Below are positions 21,199 to 32,000 of a stretch of DNA of 32,000 bases, one piece after another (the first letter of the stretch is position 1; the number at the start of each line of letters is the position of its first letter). Origin of the DNA: Wallemia ichthyophaga EXF-994. Taxonomy: Eukaryota > Fungi > Basidiomycota. Position numbers and translations under genes: made by a program. The notes under the pieces are model-generated. The model did not search any database and had not been told where the DNA came from. It saw nothing but the letters and a program-made list of their open reading frames with translations. The stretch is from positions 217,374 through 249,373 of the forward strand of contig NW_008806290.1 of the NCBI RefSeq assembly GCF_000400465.1, given 5' to 3'.

Positions 21199-22456
21199 AT
21201 GGCAGACAGCACCCCATCGAGACTGAGCAACGTCTTCAAGACTTTCATGCCTCCGCCTCGCACTGGTCTCGCAGACTCCAACTACACAGGCGTCGAGCTG
21301 CAGTGGAAGATGTTCGTCATCAGGCCTGCGCTGTTCAAGTGGGATCTGATTGGATTGGCGTTGGTATTGGTCTACATTCTCTGGTCATTTGTTGGTCGCC
21401 GCTGGAACAAGCGTATTGCGGATAGCTGGTGGGTAGCGTAGCGGGACACGTGCACAAACTCACACTTAATCAGGGCCAACCACTGGCGCGCAGTGATCAA
21501 CAAGCAAGTAGCCGTAGTCAATGTCTTCAAGCACTCGCCCACCTTGGCCGACGGCCCCACAGATTTCCTGACTTATGCGAGTGGCCGTCGCGGAATGGAG
21601 AGGCTGTACACGCACATACACACCCGCCCCCGCCACGACATCTTCCAGCAACTGTTCAACACGGCCTGGTCACTCGTAGACTTCAACGCCGACTCGGCAG
21701 ATAACGTCTCCATCACTGCCACACTCACACCCGGCGCGGGCGGCCAGGATGTCGGCTTCGTCTATGCCCTCGTGCGTAAGAGCAAAATGACAAATCTGCG
21801 CAAGAAACGTTTTGATTTGGGTCTCACCAGGACCGTCGATGGGGGTGAGGACTGGACGGATTTCGCTCCGATGGCCGAAGTACACGCGCTGGCTACGTCT
21901 TTCGCTAAACCGCACCTCACTGGCTTAGTGGAGACGGTGCGCGAGAAGGGCGATCTGCTCAATTGGCTCATCATCTCAGACCAGCCCGCTGCGAAACCCA
22001 CAAAGGGGCCACTCAACCCAGACGAGAAAGAGAGAGTGATCGAATTGAATTTGAGACTGCCGGAAGATGTCACCGCGCTTACTCCTTATATCATGCTCGT
22101 ATTTAACCTCATCGACGCCATTCACCTCCAGAAACTCTCCCTTAATGCTGATGTGAGTTGGTTGGTGTGTTCTAGCATTGCGCTTAATCTAACAACTCCA
22201 TCAGACTCTCCGCCGCTTACAAAAGAATCGCGTCGAGCTAGGCGCTTCTCTCGCTAAGGAATACGCTAAACAACTCGAAGATGAAGAAGAAGAGAGGACT
22301 GGCAAGTCGGCAGAAGAGCGCAAACGCATTGCCAAGAAAGCCATCGAGGATGCCAAGTATGAGAAAATGTCCAACGAAGATAGACGCAAATATGAAGAAA
22401 AAGAGCGCAAAAAGGTGGCTAGGAAGGCGCAACCCAAGCCAAAAATGAAGCGTTAG
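21199..22456 (+). CDS. CCDC47/DUF1682 ER membrane protein (PAT complex subunit-like)
   Basis: One transmembrane helix followed by GRRWNKRIA, FLTYASGRRG, and a charged C-terminal coiled coil ending RKAQPKPKMKR*. Introns are 21429-21473 and 22153-22204. Confidence 0.8.
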
Positions 22457-22558
22457 CCTGGTCGATAGAGTTGAAAATTTAATAAAAATATACAACAAAT
22501 GGAATATAACCTGATTTACCAATGAATAATCCCATCTTTCACTCATCTCTGCCATGTT

Positions 22559-23497
22559 TCAGTTGTGTTTCGCAAAACTCTCATCCAGCTTGAGTGCATT
22601 TATTGTCCTGAGCTTCTCCACCTACCCAAGGCATTGTGTTAGTGGTGTATGCCTCACAATACACTAACAATCCCCACCAATCTGACGAAATCTGGCTCGC
22701 GCACGACTCGAAGAATGGATTCAGTGAGCAGCTCGTCATTCTCGACGTTAACATTCACATTATCAGCGCCTTCCATCTCCCTAAATGTAGTGCCAGAGTC
22801 AACCAAGTTACATCTCCTACGTTTCTGACTGGGAGAGGGGGCTGAGAAGCCCGTTTGGGAGTGTCTCAAAGACTGGCTGAGCTGTAATTGCGTCTGTGTT
22901 TGTAATTGTGTCGGAGGAGGCATAAATGTACTTGACTGGCTGGCTGATGGCACTCCAGACATGCTGTTCAATCTGTTCAAATTTTCCTTTTTCCCATTTT
23001 CACATCTGAGCAGAGGAATCGTGTCATTGGCAGCGACGCAATCGACTCCAAGTCTTCGAATACGACCTACAAACTCCATAGCCGAGGCGTTTGTCGTGAA
23101 TGTTATCTGGAATCTGCCATCGGACTTGTGTGGTGGGGTGTGGGCGTAGGCTATTTGAGCTACTGTAATATACGCCACTTACATGCTTCACCATGACTAT
23201 ATTCTCTTTGAAAATCACCTTGGGCGATGCTGTACCTATCTCCACTGTTTCCTGCGACTCGTTTAATGGCGCATTGAGCACACCAAGTTTCGACTTTACC
23301 ATCGTATCAACGCTACCACTCTCATACGTTATGCAAACCGTCAGCCTCCCCTTTTCCCCCTCTCGCCCATCTCTCTCCGCGTGCGAGATCTCCAGCGTTG
23401 CGGCCATCGATGGAGAAATGAACGTTGACCAGTGTTGCGCGTCTATTTGCGACGATCTGAGATATTTCTTCAGTGGGAAACGCAGCGTAGTCGACAT
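22559..23497 (-). CDS. Rec114-like meiotic recombination protein (about 274 aa)
   Basis: Exons are 23497-23183, 23124-22678 and 22621-22559; introns are GTAAGT 23125-23182 and GTGGGG...CTAAC 22622-22677. N-terminal FPLKKY...W..F and RFQITF...A..F...I motifs, a central S/TQ cluster and C-terminal LTESILRVVREPDFVRLVEKL resemble Rec114 signature motifs. Assignment is by eye. Confidence 0.6.
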
Positions 23498-23581
23498 GGG
23501 TTATGGATGTTGTCAATCAAGACAAGAAACACACAAGACAAAGAATCTGGAAATCTGCAAAATACATGTAAAATTACACCC

Positions 23582-25538
23582 CTAAAAATCAAAACCCTGT
23601 CCTCTGAACTTACTCACTGCCGTTCCCGGTCTGGCAATGTTGGCTAGATCGTGTCTGTCGATCGCAAAGAGAGCGCGACGTAGAGTCTGCCACAAGCTGT
23701 GACTTTCGTTGATGCTGTTGTCATTAGTCGCCTGCTGCAGTGCAATAGCCCCGAGGAGATGCTCAGTAGCCTCCTTGTAGCAGCCGATATTAAGACAACT
23801 GACTCCGAGGTTATGAATTGCACGTGTAAAAGTGGGGCGCAGTTCCAAAGCCTTCTCATAAGCTTCGATGGCTGATTCGGAATTACCTCCGTTTGCCAAC
23901 GTAGCACCGAGTCTGTTCCATAGCAGCCAGTCATCAGGTCGGAGTGAGAGAGCCGTCTTGAAGCAATCCTCAGCCTGGTCGTAGTTGCTCGTAGCATAGC
24001 TGAGCACACCAAGCCCAACCTGTACATCAGCATCCAGAGTTAATTTGTCAGCACTACTGAACTGCGAGCGAGCGACGTCGAGGAAACAGTCTATCACACG
24101 CTGGTGCGTCGCCCATGGCCAAGTACTATTTGTCGAAGTGCCCGTATCTGGAGTGAGAGTGTGGGGATATTTCTTACTTAGCCACCTCTCAAGTGTCAGT
24201 GTAGCTGCATTGTCATCGCCTTCGTTGGTGTACGATATCGCCAATGGGATCATCGCTTCGATCTCGTTGGAATCCTCGCGTAGACACCGCTCAAGAGCGC
24301 GGATCGCTGCTTCTTCTTTCTCGTCCATGGCGTGTGTATAACCAAGCCACAGCCACGCTTTGGCGTTGTGAGGCGTCTGTTGAGCTGCAGCCTCGAACGC
24401 TAGCGCTGGCTCACTCAGCGGTCCACCCTCCCTAAGCAGCCTCTGTCCTTCGGCGAAAGGGTCAGAGGTGTCTAGCAGGTGATTCGCGGTCTCGAACTGG
24501 TACTCTTGCTGGGATACAGGAGCACTATTGTTCTGCTGCTCAATCAAATCATTTTCTATACTTTCCCGCGTACTATTCATTTCCATGTTAAATTCCCTCT
24601 CCCAACCTGCAAGATTCTTATTGAATTCATCTTCATGGTGTGCTTGAGTCTGGGTATTCCAGACATTCTCAAACTCTGATAAATAATTCTCATTCTTGTC
24701 AACATCCAACCCTTCATCGCGGAGAGCCTGTTTGAATTGCTGCTGTATGTCATCGTCCTTTGATGTGCTTTGCTGGTGTGTCTGCTGCGACGCCGCCTTG
24801 CTGGAAATATCCTCATAGAGCCTATCAAACTGCTGGTCCCACTTGGCTTGTTCTTCTTCCTGATTGATGGGGTTGATGGGTTGTGTATGCTGGCTGGTGT
24901 TGGTGCTTTGCAAGGAAGGTGAGATAGGCATATAAGGGGAGTAAGTGGAGTAAGGAGATGTGGTTGAATGTCCCAAGGAGCTGGGGCTAGCGGAATCACC
25001 GCGTGATCCACGTTGCTGCTGTTGCTGTTGTGCGAACTCGTCGTTCCAATTCGATTGATTCATATGTCGCTGATTGAATGAACGCTCGAGGACATCCCGC
25101 TGCTTATCGCGGTAGTTGAGAGTGCCAAATTCACTACTCCAAGCGGCTGCAGCCGGACCTGCTGACGGTCCCACCCTTCCAATTTCAGTCTTGATGGCTT
25201 CCATGCCAAAAGGTCCTGTGTGTTGCGCGATGGGGACGTTACCACGTAGCTGATCAGCTTCCTTGAAAGATGCCGATGATGTCGATGTTCTTGGGAACGC
25301 GGAAGCTGTCTGTGGGGCGTGAGAATAATGAGAGTAGTGTATTATTTGCTCACGGAAGATCCCAAGCCAGTTCTGTCCTACAAAATACCCAAATTAGCCT
25401 AAGAAACTTGCTAAGTACTTCCAAACACACCTTTACTGCCGATCTGTCACTATCTGCGTGCTTTATAGCGCTATTTAGTGGATTGTATCCATTCGTAGAG
25501 CATTCAGCTCCATTTCCAAACATTCCTCCAAAAGACAT
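23582..25538 (-). CDS. PEX5: Peroxisomal PTS1 receptor Pex5
   Basis: Spliced N-terminus MSFGGMFGNGAEC...NPL carries the conserved Cys. Introns are 25378-25430 and 25310-25353, flanking a 24-nt micro-exon at 25354-25377. WxxxF motifs (WSSEF, WNDEF, WDQQF, WEREF) and TPR repeats (LWNRLGATLANG, ALELRPTFTRAIHNLGVSC) are present. Confidence 0.96.
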
Positions 25539-25660
25539 GATCGCTGTGCTGAGTAAACCGAGCTCCGGCAATATCGCTGGGCTGGGCTGGGGTTGTGACG
25601 CATGACCGGGAATTAAGAATACAAGCGAATATACATGTTTATATTACAATTTTATAGCTC

Positions 25661-26378
25661 CTAGCCACTCGCTGCACTCGTCTTACGCCCTTGAATGATG
25701 ATATACAGCGACGCTTCAACTAGAGCGATAAAGATAGCGCCCAAGAAGGCAAAGAGTGTTTTCTATCGAAATTGTTAGCCACGTAAGCCCTCTAAACTGG
25801 TTAAACTGACGTATATTGGGTTTATTGAACCGCCTGCCCACCAAATCGCAGTGGCTACGGCCAACATACTTGCGATAACAGATGTAACCACTTGCAGCTC
25901 GTCTTTTGTCTGCTTGTACTCAGATTTGGGCTTGGGCTGTTGCTCGTCTAAGGGGAGTAGAGAAGATCCCACCATACTCAAATAAGCATTCCTATCGAGC
26001 TGGTCTTTGATTTTATCCATATTTGCGTCATATTCCCTGCTTTTATCTAAAGAAAACTTGTGTTCTTTGTTATCAATGGGTTTTGAGCCAGCGAGTAGCG
26101 TAACCAAATTATAACCGCGTGTGTCTGTATACCAGTTAGCTAAATGATCAAAACAGTCCCCACACACCCAATCCACGCCGCTCTAGCTGCTCGCTGTGCT
26201 TTCTGACAAAGTTGAGAAGCTGGAGAATGTCTTGGTGGGTTGTACAGTTCCCTTGGATTCTCTTGTGCTGTGTGTGCTGCGTGTACTGCTCATACTCCTC
26301 AGAAAGCCCCACGTCGGCATCCACAACCTCATTCAACGTGTAAATTAACTCAACGGCATGATCCACCAGTCGAAGCAT
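25661..26378 (-). CDS. VMA12: ER V-ATPase assembly factor Vma12/Vph2 (TMEM199 family)
   Basis: Motifs LLAGSK, KSREYDANM..IKDQLDR.AYLSMV and YKQTKDEL, followed by two hydrophobic helices. Introns are 26125-26176 and 25763-25810. Confidence 0.75.
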
Positions 26379-26466
26379 CTTGAAGAAGCACCTTGAACAC
26401 TCCAAAGCATCTTTATTGTGAGAATGCGTACAAATATACGAAGATATTCTAATCCCTACTAGAATT

Positions 26467-27601
26467 ATGGCTCGCAGCGCGTTGCATTATTCCTGGGCAG
26501 CTGGACACGCTATCCTCTTCGTGTGTAGTGTTTTAGCCTCGAAACACACTCGACTAATGCAAATGGACAGTTAAGCACACTCAAATATGTTCTAGGCCTT
26601 CTTACGCTTAAGTAGGTGCTTTCACTGTCCAATTTGGCCCATTTTACACTCTTCGCAGAAGTGGTCTTATTGGCTGGGCATACAAGCGTGAGTTTGGGAA
26701 GCGCGTTGAGCGAAATCTAACATCAAAACAGTCTCTTACTTTGGTGCAATGTGGGTTTACACACATGTTTCCGTATCCAGCTCACACTCACCAGCGTCTC
26801 ATACGGTGTCGTCGTTTTCAAGTCATTTGGTATCCCACAGGCCAATTTAGCATGGGTACAGCGTGCTATGCTGGATGAGGTAAGCTGGTTATATAATGCT
26901 ATTCGCTTGAAGCTAACGTTTAGAAGAATGTCCAATACTTGATTCTTGCTGCCTTCTTCTTTGTGAGCAAGCCAATTCCACGTGGGTGATGTATTTACGC
27001 AGGCGAATCCACTCACATTCATTCACATAGTCACCTTAATCCCATACGCAACCTTCTCTCTCTTCCACATACTCTCTTTCCTTAAGAACACGGTGATCCC
27101 TTTGATATTCCCACCACCACCACAATCAAATGCAACTTCCACAGACGGCTCAACGCCTCCATCAAGCTCAGGCGCTGGTCCATCCATCCAAAAGTCAATT
27201 GGCTCGTTCGTCAAGTCAAACTACGCCAGGGCCAGTGAGTTGGGTTTCTTTTATCAACACTAATTACTCACACAGCACAGTGAAATTCGTCTCCTACTCG
27301 GAAATGATCGTTTTCCTGAGATTATTCTTTGGTGCCTTGATGTGAGTTGAAGCTTTTGGTTCCTGATTTGGTTCAAATACACTTACTTACAACCCTTTAC
27401 AGCTTCAATAACGCCTTGTCAATGCCAATGTTCTACGCGCTCTTCTTGCGCTCCAGATACGTTTTCAGCCCATACACTAGAAACGCGTTTGCTCACGTCG
27501 GCGCTCGTATTGATGGATTAGTGGCGCCATATCCACAACCAGCAAGAATCTGGACCCAAGCAAAGGGTTTCTTAGCTAGAGCAGGTGGACAAGCCGCTTA
27601 A
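26467..27601 (+). CDS. POM33: Pom33/TMEM33 ER-nuclear pore membrane protein
   Basis: Eight short introns (donors at 26521, 26612, 26688, 26751, 26880, 26982 and two further GTGAGT donors near 27235 and 27342). They join YSWAAGH, SYGVVVFKS, DENVQYL, LIPYATFSLFH and FLRSRY.FSPYTR, which are typical of the family. Confidence 0.85.
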
Positions 27602-27932
27602 AATTTTCATTTTTGTACAACGCAAAGAGATCTGTGCAATCATCTATATTTAGTAATGCTGTGCTGTATGTAATGTTGTACAACATTTTAATTGTCATAT
27701 ATTGCTTGGATTACGTTTATCTTGAGATCTAAATTACACCATCTGCTGCGTGCACTTCCAGGCACGTCGATCCCTTTAATCTAAATAGACTTTTATACAA
27801 GCAAGATATACCAGCGCTCATCTTTATCTCCCATCCCCGTTCCTCGCTTCACGTCTTCTGAACCAAAACAGCGGAAACGCATCTTAAACCAAAACCACGC
27901 AACCGCAATACCCAAAGCTTTATTTGCAGCGC

Positions 27933-30900
27933 ATGAGATCTGGCTCGAGAGATCTCAACGTCGATACGCACGTATCTGCCGCGGATACTGAGCAGTACGA
28001 GGATATAGACCAGCTCGGTGCGTAAACTGCGGCTGTGATGCTGACGCTAGCAGCGCTGACGAGTGTCCGCAGCCACACGTAAGGACTACGACGATTACAA
28101 CGATTACAAGGACTCGAGCGATACGCTGATCGGTGATAACGTCTTCGGAGCAACTGCAACTGCAACCGTTCGCACAACAGTTTCTGCAGACTCCAGCAAT
28201 CAGAGCCATCAGCGCCATCAGCGCCATCAGCGAAAGCCGGAATATTTCAGCTACCCGCCGTGGACAGTGCAGCCACCAACGCCGTCCACTTCTGCTCCTC
28301 CGCAGACACTCTTCAACAGCGACTTACAGCCTTTGCAGGACATGTACTCGTCTTGGGCCTCCTCACTATACACTCCCATCTCGATATCTGAGATAGAAAG
28401 CATTTTCCACGATATCTCACTCTACCTGGGCTTCCAACGTGATGCTTCTGGCAATGCTTTCGAAATGTTGATGCACCAATTAGACTCCCGCGCTTCCCGT
28501 ATGAGCGCTGATCAAGCACTACTCACTCTCCACGCTGATTACATCGGCGGTGAGCACGCTAACTTCAAAAGATGGTTCTTTGCTGCACAGCTCGACCTCG
28601 ACGATGCAATCGGTACAGAAAATAATCCAGGTATGGCTGTTCTCGGCGAAGCTGCACACGAGGTCAACGCTACTTTCGGCCAACGCTGTTATGCCTTCCT
28701 CACGCGAAATAGAACTAGACAGAAATCATTGCGTTCAGCTACAGAGCGCTGGCGCAAAGTTATGGAGCAAATGTCTAGTCGCGATAGAATCGTCCAAATG
28801 GCCGTCTTCTTGTTGTGTTGGACTGAGGCTGGTAATATTAGGTTCATGCCTGAATGTCTCTGCTACATATTCAAGTGTGCAAACGATCACTATAGAAGTC
28901 TTGAGCAGATACCGGAGCATGAAAGACGTATTCTTCCCCAAGGTTACTACCTCTGTCACATTATTCGCCCCTTATACCGCTACTATAGAGACCAAGTTTA
29001 CGAATTAGTCGATGGTAGATATCTAAAGCGTGAAAATGACCACGCTAAAACAATCGGATATGACGATATCAATCAGTTGTTTTGGTATCCGGAGGGTATC
29101 AACCGCATACATCTAGCAGATGGCACTCGGCTAGTCAACATACGTCCTGATCAACGTTACAGAGCTTTATCTAGTGTTAGATGGGACCAGCCATTTTTCA
29201 AGTCGTTCAAGGAGAAGCGCACTTTTGCCCATCTTCTAGTTAACTACAATCGGATTTGGATTGCACATGTTGCCGTCTATTGGTTCTTTACCGCATATAA
29301 TGCCCATGAAGTATACAAGAGAGATTGGGAATCCCAGCCTGCAAGGCCGATGCAGTTATCAGCATCAGCTCTTGGCGGCGCTGTCGCCTCTTTGATCATG
29401 ATAATAGGCGCATTTGCAGAGTTCAGTTTCCTCCCTGTTAGTTGGAATCATTTTTCAACGTTATTCAGAAAACTATTACTCTTCTCAATCACGCTCGTTT
29501 TATGCATTGGTCCCACTTACTACATTGCAACCTACGAAAGAGACACGCCTTTCTCACTGAATTTGGCAAGAGGTCAATTAGCTTTCTCGATATTTATTAC
29601 TGCATTCTACACTACCGTGCCATCGGGGAGAATACTGGGCGATAGAGTTAGTTCGAGGGCAAGAAAGTATGTTGCATCACAAACATTCACTGCTTCATAT
29701 CCGAAACTCGACAGTAGCGGGAGATACACTTCAATTGTTTTGTGGATCTTGGTGTTTTCTTGCAAATACGTTGAAAGCTACTGCTATCTCTCGTTGTCTT
29801 CCAAAGATCCAATGGCTGCTTTAATGAACATTAGCGTGCAAAACTGTTCAGATGCTCTTGTCGGAGAGTTCTTCTGTACACATCACGCAAAATTCACCCT
29901 AGTTATCATGATAATGATGGACCTGGTGCTTTTCTTTTTAGATACGTATCTTTGGTATGTCATCTGGAGCACCTTCATCTCTGTTTTGAGGTCTTTTGTT
30001 CTTGGTCTGTCCATTTGGACACCTTGGAAAGATCTTTACAGACGTATACCAAGCATGATCTACTCTAAGCTACTCGTACACAACGGACTTCCAATGAAAC
30101 CAAAGATTTTAGCAGCTCAAGTTTGGAATACGATTGTGCTGTCTATGTACAATGATCATCTGTTGTCCATCGTGAGTTACATACCAAACCATACTCTTCT
30201 CTAATAAGACTTCAAGGACCACGTCCAGAGGCTCATTTATACGGAGATTCAGTCAAAGGAGGATGGCAAGCGAACGTTTGAAAGCCCGCCGTTTTTCATC
30301 GATTTTGATCAGAAATATGGTACACGTACCGAATTGTTACCATCCAACGCTGAAGCTGAGCGTAGAATATCGTTCTTTGCAAGGTCACTGGCCATCAAGA
30401 TGCCCGAATCGATCCCAGTACCTGAGATGCCGTGCTTTACAGTATTAGTTCCTCATTATTCAGAGAAGATGTTGCTGTCATTGCGTGAAATTATCCGCGA
30501 AGAAGATGAGAGCACAAGAGTCAGTTTGTTAGAGTATTTGAAGCAGTTACACCCAGTCGAATGGTCGCACTTTATTCGTGATACACAGACTATCGCTGAA
30601 GAGTCGGGGATGTACCGCACCCCCAGTGCGACCCCTAGTGCCTCACCTTTGATGACAAATCTCGCAACAAAACCAATGACTACCAACGCGACTCCTAGTG
30701 CATCGCCATCAATGACAAATCTTGCAACACCGTCCATGACTCCTGCTGCAACGCCACTCTTATCACCCTCGATCAATATCTCAGGTAGGACCTCTCCAGG
30801 TGGATTCGGCGCACCAAGGACACCACTGCCTGAAACACTGCACAGATCCTTCAGCGATACCTTCGCTAGCTACAACAATATGAAAGCACAGCTACCCAAC

Positions 30901-32000
30901 TACACACTGCGTACACGTATATGGGCATCTGTTAGATCACAAACTCTTTACAGAACAATATCGGGCTTCATGAACTATAAAAAGGCTATCAAACTTCTAT
31001 ATCATGTCGAAACACCCGATTTAGTTGATAGGTTGCTCGACGAGCGCAACCATTCATCAGTATCAAGTGAAGATAGTCAGAAGTTTGGTGTTAAACACGG
31101 CGAAACATCTGACTGCGACGAAATCGATGAGGATACTGATCATATGGTGGAAAGAGCATTAGATAGCATGGCGACAAGGAAGTTCAAGTTTTTAGTGTCG
31201 ATGCAACGTTACTCAAAATTCAACGCCGAGGAAAGGGAGAATGTGGAGATATTGCTGAAAACTTTCCCGGATTTACAAATCGCGTATATTGAAGAAATAG
31301 TAACACCTGATGAAGATGATATCAGTGAGGACTTCGATGAGGTCAGATACTACTCGGTGTTGATTGACGGTCATTGCGACAAGCTGCCAAATGGCACTCG
31401 CAGACCAAAGATGAGAATTGAGCTGCCAGGTAATCCAATCCTCGGTGATGGTAAATCTGATAATCAGAACCATGCACTTATTTTTTATCGTGGCGAATAT
31501 CTCCAGCTTATCGATGCTAATCAGGTGCGTATTTACTTCAGTTCCCATAATTCCGCCAACTCACACTCCATTAGGACAATTATCTCGAGGAGTGCCTCAA
31601 AATTCGTAACGTGATTGCAGAATTTGAATCATACCAGACGTCTAAACAGTCGCCATACTCTGATTGGGGACAGCACGACTTCTATAAGAAGTCTCCAGTC
31701 GCTATTGTCGGTGCTCGTGAATATATCTTCTCAGAGAACGTCGGTATACTAGGAGATATCGCTGCTGGTAAGGAGCAAACATTCGGCACTATGGCTGCTA
31801 GAGCCTTATCACACATCGGGGGTAAGCTTCACTATGGTCACCCTGATTTTCTCAACGCAATCTTCATGACGACCAGAGGTGGTGTTGCGAAAGCACAAAA
31901 GGGTCTACATTTGAACGAGGATATCTTTGGTGGTATGACGGCTTTCAATAGAGGTGGTCGCATCAAGCATGCTGAGTATTACCAATGTGGTAAAGGTCGT
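27933..32000 (+). CDS. FKS1: 1,3-beta-glucan synthase (FKS/GT48), divergent, 3' end beyond the window
   Basis: Motifs [67 protein letters not shown] and LHLNEDI. Introns are 28018-28072, 30172-30216 and 31525-31574. The family is certain; FKS1 orthology versus a paralog is not. Confidence 0.95.
30628..30756 (+). repeat. 60-nt (20-aa) degenerate tandem repeat inside FKS: [20 protein letters not shown] / [20 protein letters not shown] / ATP
   Basis: Units start at 30628, 30688 and 30748. The copies differ at many synonymous third positions. Confidence 0.85.

Noticed and set aside
4646-26378. Apparent organelle-acidification cluster (CLC, VMA7, VMA12)
   Set aside because: The genes are separated by many unrelated housekeeping genes and share no evident promoter. 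The grouping is post hoc and would need conserved synteny to be credible.
28200-28232. 9-nt repeat encoding HQRHQRHQR in the FKS N-terminus, plus TPH x3 and poly-Q/poly-T tracts in EDE1
   Set aside because: These are ordinary slippage microsatellites in disordered regions. They have no spacers, so they are not CRISPR-like.

Overview
A 32-kb window of an extremely compact fungal genome. About 17 genes are supported, and the introns I could place are 44-67 nt GT-AG introns with CTAAC/CTGAC/CTCAC-like branch sites. Most intergenic gaps are 27-240 nt. The protein sequences look basidiomycete-like and the compaction resembles Wallemia, but that is an inference and not proven by the sequence. In order the genes are: mitochondrial ribosomal uS11m, secreted S8 subtilase with PA domain, small acidic protein, CLC Cl-/H+ exchanger, Ede1/Eps15, a CENP-W-like histone-fold gene, Nop14, Leo1, Rpd3/HDAC1, Spf27, V-ATPase subunit F, Ups1/PRELI, CCDC47/DUF1682, a Rec114-like gene, Pex5, Vma12, Pom33/TMEM33, and a divergent 1,3-beta-glucan synthase that runs off the right end. 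No rRNA, tRNA, CRISPR array or intact mobile element was recognised. The most interesting signals are as follows. (1) An 81-aa spliced CENP-W homolog that ORF callers would miss. (2) A Rec114-like meiotic double-strand-break protein with an S/TQ cluster. (3) Head-to-head gene pairs whose ATGs are only 27 and 36 nt apart. (4) An FKS carrying Tyr at the hot-spot-1 Phe plus Ser/Thr-Pro repeat insertions. (5) A decayed C2H2 zinc-finger relic in the only large gene-free gap. (6) Sharp GC-rich patches that cut across genes. All splice models were read by eye.
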